A stretch of DNA of 64,000 bases from Candidatus Woesearchaeota archaeon (GTDB taxonomy: Archaea > Nanobdellota > Nanobdellia > Woesearchaeales > JAAOYA01): positions 114,812 to 178,811 of the forward strand of contig JAAOYA010000001.1 in NCBI GenBank assembly GCA_018221105.1, given 5' to 3'. The notes beneath the pieces are model-generated. The model was not told where the DNA came from. It ran no database searches and saw nothing but the letters and a program-made list of their open reading frames with translations. Shown piece by piece: positions 50,934-60,186 of the stretch (position 1 is the stretch's first letter; each line of letters opens with the position of its first letter). Both the position numbers and the translations under genes were made by a program.

Positions 50934-51316
50934 ACTATTGCTTCGAGCAGTATTTTTGTCTCTTCAACTGCTTTTTTTGTTTCATACTCTAATGGTATTG
51001 CGATGATTAATATTTTTTCTAGTTTGTCTAATTGTTTTAATAGTTTTAGAAAATAGTTAAGATCAAAATCGTGCAGTGATATAACGTTGTCTTGTACTAG
51101 TCTGTCGGGGTCGCGCAGACCGATGACTTTTTTTACACCTTTTGCAACGTCTAAAATTATTAGTTCTTTGTCCGCGTGCTCTAATATTTGTGAAGGATTG
51201 TCACAAAAAACAAAATCTAGACTAGACATGTTTTCTTTTTGAAGTTTTTTTGCTACTTTAATTGCTAAACTATCAATTTTGATGTACGGATTGCCAAACA
51301 CAAGAACTTTAGTCAT
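50930..51316 (-). CDS. Hydrogenase maturation protease (HycI/HyaD-like)
   Basis: VLVFGNP...D, LIILDV, SLHD. Confidence 0.8.
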   Translation of the reverse strand: MTKVLVFGNPYIKIDSLAIKVAKKLQKENMSSLDFVFCDNPSQILEHADKELIILDVAKGVKKVIGLRDPDRLVQDNVISLHDFDLNYFLKLLKQLDKLEKILIIAIPLEYETKKAVEETKILLEAIV

Positions 51317-51819
51317 TTTAGAACTCTTACTGCGCTTTGATTGTGATAGTGTATTTTATCGCCAGTTTTTGCTGGTACAAAACCAAAAACTGTTTCTTCA
51401 CTTTCTAGTATTTTGTACGCTGATAGTTTTACTCCTAGTGTTTCAGTTTGTATTATTTCTTTTACTGTGCCTTCATGTACTTGACACCAATTTACTTGAG
51501 CTGGTTGTATGACGCCTTTGTCACGACGTTTTTCTAAATCCATAACATGACGGTGCAAAAAATAGTGATCAATGTTTTCTTTTGTAAAATACTTGTCTGG
51601 ATCTTGACTGTTGGCTTGTTCTTTTAAATTGTTCATAGCGTTTGGTGTTAGGCCAAGCATTAACTCTTTGACTAATGGTTCATTGTTGATGTATGATACT
51701 AATAATTGTTTTCTTGGGCCTTGCTGCCAATCAGCTCTCAAGCAACCGAACAAGTATCTAAAATAAAGTCTTTCTGGCATGTCATCAATTATTCTTTCCA
51801 ATTCACTCACCTTTTTCAC
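51313..51819 (-). CDS. Hydrogenase-linked uncharacterised protein with HypC-like C-terminal beta domain (resembles DUF6390)
   Basis: FRYLFGC near N-terminus; C.V..G.V.....K.GD.I..H...AV..L C-terminus; 4-nt overlaps with both neighbours. Confidence 0.55.
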   Translation of the reverse strand: MKKVSELERIIDDMPERLYFRYLFGCLRADWQQGPRKQLLVSYINNEPLVKELMLGLTPNAMNNLKEQANSQDPDKYFTKENIDHYFLHRHVMDLEKRRDKGVIQPAQVNWCQVHEGTVKEIIQTETLGVKLSAYKILESEETVFGFVPAKTGDKIHYHNQSAVRVLK

Positions 51820-52022
51820 ATCTGTTTTGCAGTATTAATAGATTCTAATGCTGTTGTTTCATCAATTTTTTTCATTATAAATCCTGCTTGGCATATTACA
51901 TAATCACCAATTTTAATCTCTGGCATTAATTGTGTGCTTGCTGTGCGCTGTTCTACTTCGTAATCAATAGTGGCGTTCTCACCTTCTATTTTTATTATTT
52001 TTCCTGGTATTGCTAGGCACAT
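51816..52022 (-). CDS. hypC: Hydrogenase chaperone HypC
   Basis: MCLAIPGKI, GDYV; usual His replaced by Gln (VICQAGF). Confidence 0.9.
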   Translation of the reverse strand: MCLAIPGKIIKIEGENATIDYEVEQRTASTQLMPEIKIGDYVICQAGFIMKKIDETTALESINTAKQM

Positions 52023-52023
52023 T

Positions 52024-52347
52024 TTATTCTACTTCTACTTCTTTTAATAGTATTTGATTGCCATCAATGATTTTTGGCATTTTTGTGTTGCATACTGGGC
52101 ATTCGTAATCAATGCTTTCATGGTATCGTTTGTTAATTGTTGGTTTTCCTTTGTGGCCGCATGCGCAGTCTATGATGCCATCTTTGGTTATTATGTCTAC
52201 GTGCCAGTCTGTCATTTTTTCTAGTGTTTCGCGCAAGTGCGCTTCGTCAATGTTTGCTAGTTCTCCAAGCTCTATTAGTGCGTGCTTTACCACTCCGTGC
52301 TGGTTGGCAACTTGTATTATTTGCTGGGCAATTATTTGGTCATGCAT
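52024..52347 (-). CDS. hypA: Hydrogenase nickel metallochaperone HypA
   Basis: MHD start, ELGEL, C.CG...CPVC, G..I.L..VEVE. Confidence 0.88.
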   Translation of the reverse strand: MHDQIIAQQIIQVANQHGVVKHALIELGELANIDEAHLRETLEKMTDWHVDIITKDGIIDCACGHKGKPTINKRYHESIDYECPVCNTKMPKIIDGNQILLKEVEVE

Positions 52348-52392
52348 AATCGTGCAATACTTTGATTGTTTTTAAAATTAACTCAAAGCTAA

Positions 52393-52737
52393 CTAATCCA
52401 GTGTTATTGAGTCTGCTATTATTTCTTTTTCACCTTGGTATTCTGTTAGTGTTCCAATGACTGTTATTTTATCTCCAGGCATTAAACGATTAATAGTTTC
52501 GTCTTTGAATGCGACGACTTTTACTGTTTTGTCTTGCTCAACAGTCAAAAATAATACTTTACCAGTGTCTGAGACTTCTATGACAGTTCCAACAAAACTT
52601 ACGGTTTCGTCAACACTAACATCTTCTACGAATTGATTAAGTGGCAGTTGGGAGTTAGCGGTAAGAAAGAACAATCCTATAACTCCTATGCTTGATACTA
52701 TAAAGGCAATTTTTAACAAAAATTTTTCGTCCATCAA
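52393..52737 (-). CDS. Membrane-anchored OB-fold protein
   Basis: N-terminal TM; V...G.V....FL.V....V.VV.F...GD.I.V.G....Y.G..EI. Confidence 0.75.
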   Translation of the reverse strand: MMDEKFLLKIAFIVSSIGVIGLFFLTANSQLPLNQFVEDVSVDETVSFVGTVIEVSDTGKVLFLTVEQDKTVKVVAFKDETINRLMPGDKITVIGTLTEYQGEKEIIADSITLD

Positions 52738-52797
52738 AAAAATAATATAATGTGTTACTTAAAAAGTTTTATATATACTACGGCCATGTTTGACTGT

Positions 52798-54654
52798 ATG
52801 GTATTGAAATATGAGACTACAAAAGATCTTAAAATATCAAAAAATATTGTTGATCAAGTCATAGGCCAGGATGAAGCAGTTAAAGTCATAAAAAAAGCAT
52901 CACAGCAACGACGCCATGTATTACTTATAGGTGAGCCTGGAACTGGAAAAAGCATGCTTGGGCTTGCTGTAGCTGAGCTTTTGCCAAAAGAAAAACTTGT
53001 TGATATTGTTTCTTTTCCAAATCCTAATGATGAGAATCAACCATTAATACGCACGTTGCCTGCAGGTCAAGGCCGTAGTCTTGTTGCTAAAATGCAATTG
53101 CAATCGAATGCGTTGTTTAAGAATCAAACCATTTTCTTACTGATTTTTGTTATTGCATTGTCTTTGCTGCCGTACTATTTTTGGAAAACAGGACAAATAT
53201 CTGATGTTATTTTTGCTGCTAGCATGCTCACAACAACAATTTTTATTATTGGAATGATGCTTTTTATCAGTGTCGGGCGCAAAACAGGCACCAAAGTGAA
53301 AGTTCCAAAAGTAATAGTTGATAATTTTGGCAAAAAACAAGCACAGTTTATGGATGCTACGGGAGCTCATGCTGGAGCACTGCTTGGTGATGTGCTGCAC
53401 GATCCTTTTCAAAGCGGTGGTCTTGGAACGCCAGCACACGAGCGAGTGGTTGCTGGAATGATTCACAAGTCTAACATGGGAGTGTTGTTTATTGATGAGA
53501 TTAGCACTTTGCAGCCTGCAACACAACAAGAATTGTTAACTTCACTTCAAGAAAAAAAGTTTTCAATAACAGGGCAGTCAGAGCGCAGTGCTGGTGCGAT
53601 GGTTCGCACAGAGCCTGTACCTTGTAATTTTGTAATGGTGGCGGCTGGCAATCTTGAAACAATAAAACACATGCACCCAGCTCTAAGATCGCGTCTTAGG
53701 GGTTATGGTTATGAAGTTTACATGAATGTCACAATGAAAGATACTACAGATAATCGCGATAAACTAGCATTTTTTATCGCTCAAGAGGTTCAACGTGACG
53801 GTAGCATTCCACACTTTACTAAAAAAGCAGTAGAAATAATTATTGAAGAAGCGCGCAAGCGTGCTGGGCGCAAAGGACACTTAACACTTCGACTTCGCGA
53901 ACTAGGAGGTCTTATAAGAGCAGCAGGCGACGTTGCTAAAGAACAAAACGCTAAATTAGTAGAGCCTAAACACATAGCAGAAGCAAAAACCATAGCAAGA
54001 CCGTTAGAGCAACAACTTTCTGATAAGTATATAGAGCAAAAAAAAGAATATGAAGTGATAGTTGTTAGTGGCAAACAAGTAGGGCGTGTCAATGGCTTGG
54101 CAGTGCTAGGGGCAGAAGGAGCTTATTCTGGAATACTATTACCAATTGAATCTGCAGTCACTCCTGGCGGTAAAGAAAAAGGCATTCAAGCAACAGGAAA
54201 ACTAGGAGAGATTGCAAAAGAAGCAATCATTAACGTTAGCGCTATAATAAAAAAGTTTTTCGGCCTTGACATTAAAGAAAAGTATGATATTTACGTGCAA
54301 TTTTTGCAAACTCACGAAGGTGTTGAGGGCGATTCAGCATCAATTGCTGTTGCGACAACAGTCATCAGCGCACTAAAAAATATTCCTATAAAACAAGATG
54401 TTGCAATGACAGGAAGCCTGTCTGTTCGTGGAGAAGTACTGCCTATTGGAGGCGTGACTTACAAAATAGAAGCTGCAATTGATGCTGGAATTAAAAAAGT
54501 TATTGTTCCAAAATCTAATATGCAAGATATTGTGATATCTTCTGAAAAATTAAAAAATATAAAAATTGTTCCTGTAGAGACTATACAGCAAGTTTTAAAA
54601 GAAGCGCTTGATTGGACTGGCCAGAAAGCGCTGCTAAAAAAAATCACTAGTTAG
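52798..54654 (+). CDS. lonB: Archaeal membrane-bound Lon protease (LonB)
   Basis: [14 protein letters not shown], two TMs, LFIDE, EGDSAS catalytic Ser, GGV..K. Confidence 0.97.
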   Translation: MVLKYETTKDLKISKNIVDQVIGQDEAVKVIKKASQQRRHVLLIGEPGTGKSMLGLAVAELLPKEKLVDIVSFPNPNDENQPLIRTLPAGQGRSLVAKMQLQSNALFKNQTIFLLIFVIALSLLPYYFWKTGQISDVIFAASMLTTTIFIIGMMLFISVGRKTGTKVKVPKVIVDNFGKKQAQFMDATGAHAGALLGDVLHDPFQSGGLGTPAHERVVAGMIHKSNMGVLFIDEISTLQPATQQELLTSLQEKKFSITGQSERSAGAMVRTEPVPCNFVMVAAGNLETIKHMHPALRSRLRGYGYEVYMNVTMKDTTDNRDKLAFFIAQEVQRDGSIPHFTKKAVEIIIEEARKRAGRKGHLTLRLRELGGLIRAAGDVAKEQNAKLVEPKHIAEAKTIARPLEQQLSDKYIEQKKEYEVIVVSGKQVGRVNGLAVLGAEGAYSGILLPIESAVTPGGKEKGIQATGKLGEIAKEAIINVSAIIKKFFGLDIKEKYDIYVQFLQTHEGVEGDSASIAVATTVISALKNIPIKQDVAMTGSLSVRGEVLPIGGVTYKIEAAIDAGIKKVIVPKSNMQDIVISSEKLKNIKIVPVETIQQVLKEALDWTGQKALLKKITS

Positions 54655-54656
54655 AA

Positions 54657-54848
54657 TTAGTCTTTTGTTACGTTTACTGCTTTTGGACCGCGGTCGCCTT
54701 CTTCAACATCGAAACTTACTGAATCGTTTTCGGCTAGTGAAACACCTTCTGCAAGGCCGGTTGTGTGAACAAAATATTCATTCCCGTCTTCACCACTGAT
54801 AAAGCCGAAACCTTTTGCTTCGTTGAAAAACTTTACTGTTCCTTTCAT
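54657..54848 (-). CDS. cspA: Cold-shock protein
   Basis: GTVKFFN..KGFGFI (RNP1), FVH (RNP2), GP.A.NV. Confidence 0.97.
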   Translation of the reverse strand: MKGTVKFFNEAKGFGFISGEDGNEYFVHTTGLAEGVSLAENDSVSFDVEEGDRGPKAVNVTKD

Positions 54849-54979
54849 TTTTTTACCTCATTAGTTTTGTTGATTTTTTTTTGGCAAGTACTACAATAAT
54901 TTAGTTTTGATTCGCCTCTTGGTATGACGAATCGTGCTTTGCAAATTCTGCAATACTTGACAATATTATAATCAACCAC
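54845..54979 (-). CDS. Small CxxC-x15-CxxC zinc-ribbon protein (44 aa, not in ORF track)
   Basis: GTG start; MVDYNIVKYCRICKARFVIPRGESKLNYCSTCQKKINKTNEVKK; stop overlaps cspA start (ATGA). Confidence 0.8.
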   Translation of the reverse strand: MVDYNIVKYCRICKARFVIPRGESKLNYCSTCQKKINKTNEVKK

Positions 54980-55059
54980 TATGATAGAAATAATTACTAG
55001 TTTTTAAAACCTCGCATTTTTTTAACAAATTATAAATAGTTTTAGCGCATTATACTGTT

Positions 55060-55293
55060 ATGACTTATGAACGTTATGTTAGGACAACAATTATGTATGG
55101 CGTTATAGCTTTGATTGGTTTTTTTGGCTTTTTGTATTTTGCTTTTACTAATGATTGGTTTTTAGCAGTTATAAGTCTTGCAATGCTTATAGTGTCTCTT
55201 GATAACTTTTTTTGCGGCACTAGATTGTCTGGCGCTACTGGTAAAACTTGCAATCATTATGTTATGCCGCCATTTCTAAAAAAGAAGAAATAA
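55060..55293 (+). CDS. Small 2-TM membrane protein
   Basis: Two hydrophobic helices; TATA upstream. Confidence 0.6.
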   Translation: MTYERYVRTTIMYGVIALIGFFGFLYFAFTNDWFLAVISLAMLIVSLDNFFCGTRLSGATGKTCNHYVMPPFLKKKK

Positions 55294-55300
55294 TGATTAT

Positions 55301-56386
55301 TCAATGTTCATATAATTCACGATAATGCTCGCCGCGTAACAGTTCGTAAACTTCTAATGCGCTTGGCAGATCACTTTTAGATTGTGGAATTGTTGGCTTG
55401 TCTAATTCTTCTAGCAATGGCTTCAATTGATTTCTATAAGAACTTGTGAAAACTATTCCTTTATCTGCTTGGCCATTTGAAGAGTTTATTAAAGCGTTGT
55501 ATATGCAAAAATCGTCCTTACAGCCTGATAAGCAAGTTTCTGTCGGACATTTTTTTTCACTCATTGACATCCTGTTTTTAGCAATATAAACTTCTTCACT
55601 ATTTTGCTCGAAGTGTTGTTTTATGAACTTATTCTTTATTGCTCTTCCCAAGAAATGTCTTATACAACTTCTAAACAGAATTGTTTCATTATCGCTTAAT
55701 TGTTCTAAAGTCCAATCGATTTGAGGTATTGCTTCTTGAGTTACAAAAAACGGCAATCCGTTACCTATTGATAGATGATCGTAAGGCATTATTTTTTGAT
55801 AATTATCATTGGTTATGCCTCCGCAAACAACAACATGGGTTGTAGTATCACGACTTCTAAAATCTTCTAATAATTCTTCAATTGCTCTAAACTCTTTTTG
55901 ATCTTTTAAAGTGTGACCCCCGCAACGTGTTGGATCTTCAAGCATCACGGTTTGAACTTTATAGCGTTTTATTGCAATGTTGACAGCTTTATTAGAAAGT
56001 CCTAATTTTGGAATCACATCTTTTGAAAAAGCTCCGCTTTTCTTGGCAGCTAATAATTCAGTATCAAGACCTGCAGCCATTATCATTCCGTCAACAATAT
56101 CGCTTTTATTAACAACTTGTGTTAGTTCAGAGTAATTGTCTGCTGGCACCATGATATTAACATATAATAATCCTGTGCCTTTACGATTGCCTTGCCCGTC
56201 AAACATTACGTTGCGCGCTATTTCTATTTCGTCAGTTAATTCTTGAGAATTTAATGCTGCAGCTCCAATGACGCCAACTCCTCCAAGGGTTTTGTCATCG
56301 CCTGTCGAAGCAATAGTTCCTGCTAATAATCCGCCTGCAATTTTTACTGCCGCTCCGTTTTGTACTAGTCGACCATCAAATGACAT
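55301..56386 (-). CDS. Nitronate monooxygenase/FabK-like flavoprotein (divergent)
   Basis: LVQ.G, LGG.GVIG, VNIM, AGL, E....GGH, CGGI, C...CL..C...FCI..AL. Confidence 0.7.
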   Translation of the reverse strand: MSFDGRLVQNGAAVKIAGGLLAGTIASTGDDKTLGGVGVIGAAALNSQELTDEIEIARNVMFDGQGNRKGTGLLYVNIMVPADNYSELTQVVNKSDIVDGMIMAAGLDTELLAAKKSGAFSKDVIPKLGLSNKAVNIAIKRYKVQTVMLEDPTRCGGHTLKDQKEFRAIEELLEDFRSRDTTTHVVVCGGITNDNYQKIMPYDHLSIGNGLPFFVTQEAIPQIDWTLEQLSDNETILFRSCIRHFLGRAIKNKFIKQHFEQNSEEVYIAKNRMSMSEKKCPTETCLSGCKDDFCIYNALINSSNGQADKGIVFTSSYRNQLKPLLEELDKPTIPQSKSDLPSALEVYELLRGEHYRELYEH

Positions 56387-56432
56387 ATAATGTTTAACTA
56401 ACTACTACTATAAAATAATTTAGAAAAATAAA

Positions 56433-56855
56433 CTAGTTTATTTCAACTAGTGTTAATTTAAAATTAAGTGTTTTTCCAGCCATCGGATGGTTTAAGTCAA
56501 TTGTTGCTTCTTTTTCGTCCATCTCGCTGATTTGCACTGGCACTTGTTGTCCTGTTGGCAGTGTTGCACCAAGCATCGAGCCGACTTTTGCCTCAGCAGG
56601 TATTTGTTCTCTTGGAATTTTTTGTACAAGTGTTGGATTGTGATCTCCGTACGCATCTTTAGGTTCTAACTTAATGGTTTTTTCTTCGCCTTTTTTCATT
56701 TCTTTTATGGCGTTTTCAAAACCTGGTATTACTTGTTTTGAACCAATTTCAAATTGTAATGGTTGACCGTGTTTTTTTGAGGAGTCAAAGACTTCTCCAT
56801 TATCAAACGTGCCCTCATATTCGACTGTTACTTTATCACCGTTTTTTAAACTCAT
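56433..56855 (-). CDS. slyD: FKBP-type peptidyl-prolyl isomerase (SlyD-like, no His-rich tail)
   Basis: V.YEG.F.NGEVFDSS, VIPGFE, P.DAYG, DLNHP.AGK.L. Confidence 0.95.
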   Translation of the reverse strand: MSLKNGDKVTVEYEGTFDNGEVFDSSKKHGQPLQFEIGSKQVIPGFENAIKEMKKGEEKTIKLEPKDAYGDHNPTLVQKIPREQIPAEAKVGSMLGATLPTGQQVPVQISEMDEKEATIDLNHPMAGKTLNFKLTLVEIN

Positions 56856-56997
56856 AAATATCAACTCCTAAATTTTAAGAATTAAAAAATAGCGCATTTT
56901 ATTTAAGTGTTTGGGTTTTTTCCGTCGAGAAGGTTTCTTTTACTTTGTAGTTGTTAAGCAATATTTATATATTATGAGCGCTTTTTTAACTTTTAAT

Positions 56998-57111
56998 ATG
57001 GACGCTGCAGTTAGTATGACTAGGTGCCCATTGTGCAACAGTGCCGAGACATCGCTTGTCGGCGCTGATATATTTTGTCGAGAATGCAGAAACATAATAA
57101 CACCACAATAA
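56998..57111 (+). CDS. Small zinc-ribbon protein (37 aa)
   Basis: MDAAVSMTRCPLCNS...FCRECR; TTTATATA about 27 nt upstream. Confidence 0.6.
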   Translation: MDAAVSMTRCPLCNSAETSLVGADIFCRECRNIITPQ

Positions 57112-57164
57112 ACTGGCACCATTAAAAGTATTTAAGCGATTAAGTCTAGGCAGGCCTATTTGCT

Positions 57165-58148
57165 TTAGCGCCAATTGACTGTTATGTCGTCAGTTCTAAG
57201 GTAAGGTTTAATACTTGCTTTTTCTATTTTCATGCTTTTCTTTGATGTGTTGTACTCTAATAGTCCTTGCCAGGCTATCATTGCAGCATTATCTATTAAG
57301 AACTCATTAGCAGGCACGAAAAGTTTTGCCCCTCGTTCTTTGCACATTATCCTGCACATTTCTTGCAATCGTTTATTGCAAGCCACACCACCACCTAAAA
57401 GCAGTTCTGCTTTGTCTGTGTGGGCTATTGCGCGCTCTGAGACTTCTACTAGCATTGCAAAAATTGTTTCTTGAACACTAAAACACAAGTCTTCTGTTGT
57501 GTGTTTACCTGTTTTAATTTTTGTTTTTAGATTAGTTAGTAATCCTCCAAATCCAACATCCATTCCTTTGACAATGTAAGGTAAATCGATTAAATTATTG
57601 CCTTTTTTGGCTAGAGCTTCTATTTTTGGCCCTGCTGGAAAACCAAGCCCTAAAGCTCTTCCAAAACTGTCAAGAAAGTTTCCAACGCCAATATCTAGTG
57701 TTTCACCAAAAACACGATATTTTTGTCCTTGGTAAGCTATTACTTGAGTGTTCGCACCACTAGCATAAAGCATTACAGGATCTTTTGTGCCGGTTAGCAT
57801 TCTGCCAATCTCTAAATGTGCAATGCAATGATTCACACCCACTAATGGTTTGTTTAATTGGATTGCGAGCGAGCGAGCGACCATGGCCCCAACTCTTAAC
57901 ATGTGACCAATTCCAGGGCTCTCAGAGTATACAATCAAGTCAACATTGGATAATTTAACATTGGCTTTTTGTAAAGCTTTAAGCAATACTGTATCAACAT
58001 TTTTGATGTGATGTTCAACAACTTTGTAAGGTATCATGCCCCCGGTTGTTGTAGAATAAGTTACTCGCTCATTTGATAAAATTCTTTTATCATCAATTAC
58101 TGCAATACCGAAAGTGTGCGCTGTGCTCTCAATTCCTAATACTATCAT
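57165..58148 (-). CDS. kae1: KEOPS t6A synthase Kae1
   Basis: LGIESTAHT, VNHCIAHLEIG, YASGANTQ, GETLDIG, DNAAMIA. Confidence 0.97.
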   Translation of the reverse strand: MIVLGIESTAHTFGIAVIDDKRILSNERVTYSTTTGGMIPYKVVEHHIKNVDTVLLKALQKANVKLSNVDLIVYSESPGIGHMLRVGAMVARSLAIQLNKPLVGVNHCIAHLEIGRMLTGTKDPVMLYASGANTQVIAYQGQKYRVFGETLDIGVGNFLDSFGRALGLGFPAGPKIEALAKKGNNLIDLPYIVKGMDVGFGGLLTNLKTKIKTGKHTTEDLCFSVQETIFAMLVEVSERAIAHTDKAELLLGGGVACNKRLQEMCRIMCKERGAKLFVPANEFLIDNAAMIAWQGLLEYNTSKKSMKIEKASIKPYLRTDDITVNWR

Positions 58149-58190
58149 TGACGTGCTAAGTTTTAAATAATATTAAAAGCTTGCTAAATC

Positions 58191-60107
58191 ATGGACGTCG
58201 AACAATTAATAAAAAAAGTTAAAGCTTATAACAGAAAAGCAAAGTTTGATTTGATCAGAAAAGCATATCTTACTGCTTTTAGAGTTCATTCTAAACAAAA
58301 ACGTGTCAGTGGAGAACCGTTTATAATTCACCCTCTTGAAACTGCAATGATACTCGCGGGACTTCACAGTGACAGCGCGACAATTGCTGCTGCATTACTT
58401 CATGATTGTCTTGAAGATGGCAGTTTAACTCTTAACCAATTAACAACTGATTTTGGCGAAGAAATAGCTCATTTAGTAGAAGGCGTTACAAAAATCAAGG
58501 ATATGGGAGCGGACCTTCCAACAAACAAAGCTGAAACAATAAGAAAAATAATTTTAGCATCAATCAAAGATGTTAGGGTTCTTTTGATAAAACTTGCTGA
58601 TCGATTGCACAATATGAGAACACTAAAAAGTTTCAAACCAGAAAAACAGCAAAGAATAGCTCGAGAAACAATCGATATTTACGCGCAAATCGCTCACAAG
58701 TTAGGAATTAATAGCATAAAACAAGAACTTGAAGATTTAAGCATGCGATACTTATGGCCTGAAGTATACCAAGATTTTAAGATGCGCATCAATAAGAAAC
58801 GCGAAGAGCGAGAAGAAGAAGTACAACAAATCATTAAACATTTAGACGCTGCGCTTAGAAAAAAAGGTGTCAAAGCAAAAATTTATGGTCGTGCTAAAGG
58901 GTTTTATGCTATTTTTAAAAAAATGATGAAAAAAAGAGTGGAGTTTAATGAAATATTTGATATTACTGCCCTAAGACTTATTGCAAAAACAATTCCTGAT
59001 TGCTACACTGCACTAGGAGTAGTTCATCAAATGTGGAAGCCTATGCCTGGAAAATTTAAAGATTATATTGCAGTGCCAAAAAGTAATGGTTATCAATCAC
59101 TGCACACAGTAGTAGTTGGTAAAGGATCAAAAATTCACGAAGTACAGATTAGAACAGAAGAAATGGATAGGATGGCTGAAGATGGTGTGGCTGCACACTG
59201 GCGCTACAAAGAAGTAGCGCGTGACAAGTACTTTGAGCGAAAAATTAATTGGATTAAACAAGTTCTTGATTGGAAACAACAATCTGAAAGCGCGCAAGAG
59301 TTCATCGACACATTAAAAGTTGACTTGTTTAAAGACGAAATAGTAGTTTTTACGCCAAAAGGCGATCCTGTTTCACTACCTGAAAAGTCTACACCAATAG
59401 ATTTCGCGTACGAGGTGCACACTGAAGTTGGCAATAAGGCAGCAAAAGCAATGGTCAACAATAAATTAGTACCTCTTGATACAATATTAAAAAGTGGCGA
59501 TATAGTGCAGATTTTGACGGCGAAAAACGCTAAGCCTTCACGCCAATGGCTAAAATTTGTTGTGACAAACCTCGCACGCTCCAAGATACGCTCAAAACTT
59601 GGAATAACAACAGATTATGACCCTAAAAAAGCACGTTCAAAAAAACAAGCTGTTAGTACTGGAGCAGAATTATTGAACAATTTAGTTTTTGAGGGTAAAC
59701 AATCACTTTTGAAACTTTCAAAGTGTTGCAGCCCACAATACGGTGATAAAATAATGGCTTTTAAAACAAAAGATGGCAAAATAACAGTCCATAAAGCTAG
59801 TTGTCCAAATATTCACGCCCTAAAATCAACACGAGAAGTTCCAGTAGCTTGGAAGCTTGACGAACAAACAGGAACAGTCTACGAAGTGCTAGTAAGCGTT
59901 GATGATCGTATTGGAATGCTTGCGGACTTATTAAACATTATTTCAAGTCATAACATCAATGTTTTAGAGCTTAAGACCAAGACTCGTAAAAAAAGTATTA
60001 CTAACACTTTCAAGCTAGAATTACAAAAATTTCATGAAATACGAGACTTGCTAAAAGACTTGAAAAGAATTCGTAACGTGTTAGGTGTTGAAGCAAAAAA
60101 ATTATAA
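58191..60107 (+). CDS. rel: Long RelA/SpoT homologue, bifunctional (p)ppGpp synthetase/hydrolase
   Basis: HD (RVSGEPF..HP, LLHD..ED, KLADRLHN), SYNTH (GRAK, KDY, YQSLHT, EVQIRT), TGS (VFTPKG, DFAY..H), CC (KCC.P..GD), ACT (DR.GML.D). Confidence 0.95.
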   Translation: MDVEQLIKKVKAYNRKAKFDLIRKAYLTAFRVHSKQKRVSGEPFIIHPLETAMILAGLHSDSATIAAALLHDCLEDGSLTLNQLTTDFGEEIAHLVEGVTKIKDMGADLPTNKAETIRKIILASIKDVRVLLIKLADRLHNMRTLKSFKPEKQQRIARETIDIYAQIAHKLGINSIKQELEDLSMRYLWPEVYQDFKMRINKKREEREEEVQQIIKHLDAALRKKGVKAKIYGRAKGFYAIFKKMMKKRVEFNEIFDITALRLIAKTIPDCYTALGVVHQMWKPMPGKFKDYIAVPKSNGYQSLHTVVVGKGSKIHEVQIRTEEMDRMAEDGVAAHWRYKEVARDKYFERKINWIKQVLDWKQQSESAQEFIDTLKVDLFKDEIVVFTPKGDPVSLPEKSTPIDFAYEVHTEVGNKAAKAMVNNKLVPLDTILKSGDIVQILTAKNAKPSRQWLKFVVTNLARSKIRSKLGITTDYDPKKARSKKQAVSTGAELLNNLVFEGKQSLLKLSKCCSPQYGDKIMAFKTKDGKITVHKASCPNIHALKSTREVPVAWKLDEQTGTVYEVLVSVDDRIGMLADLLNIISSHNINVLELKTKTRKKSITNTFKLELQKFHEIRDLLKDLKRIRNVLGVEAKKL

Positions 60108-60186
60108 TATGATATGTGCGCCGCTGGTTTAAATGTTTTTTCGTTTTCAAAAAAGTTTTTAAAGGATAAAATAAGTTTGTAGTTTA

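Noticed and set aside
54849..54990. Long cspA thermosensor 5' UTR
   Set aside because: Region is better explained as a zinc-ribbon CDS coupled to cspA
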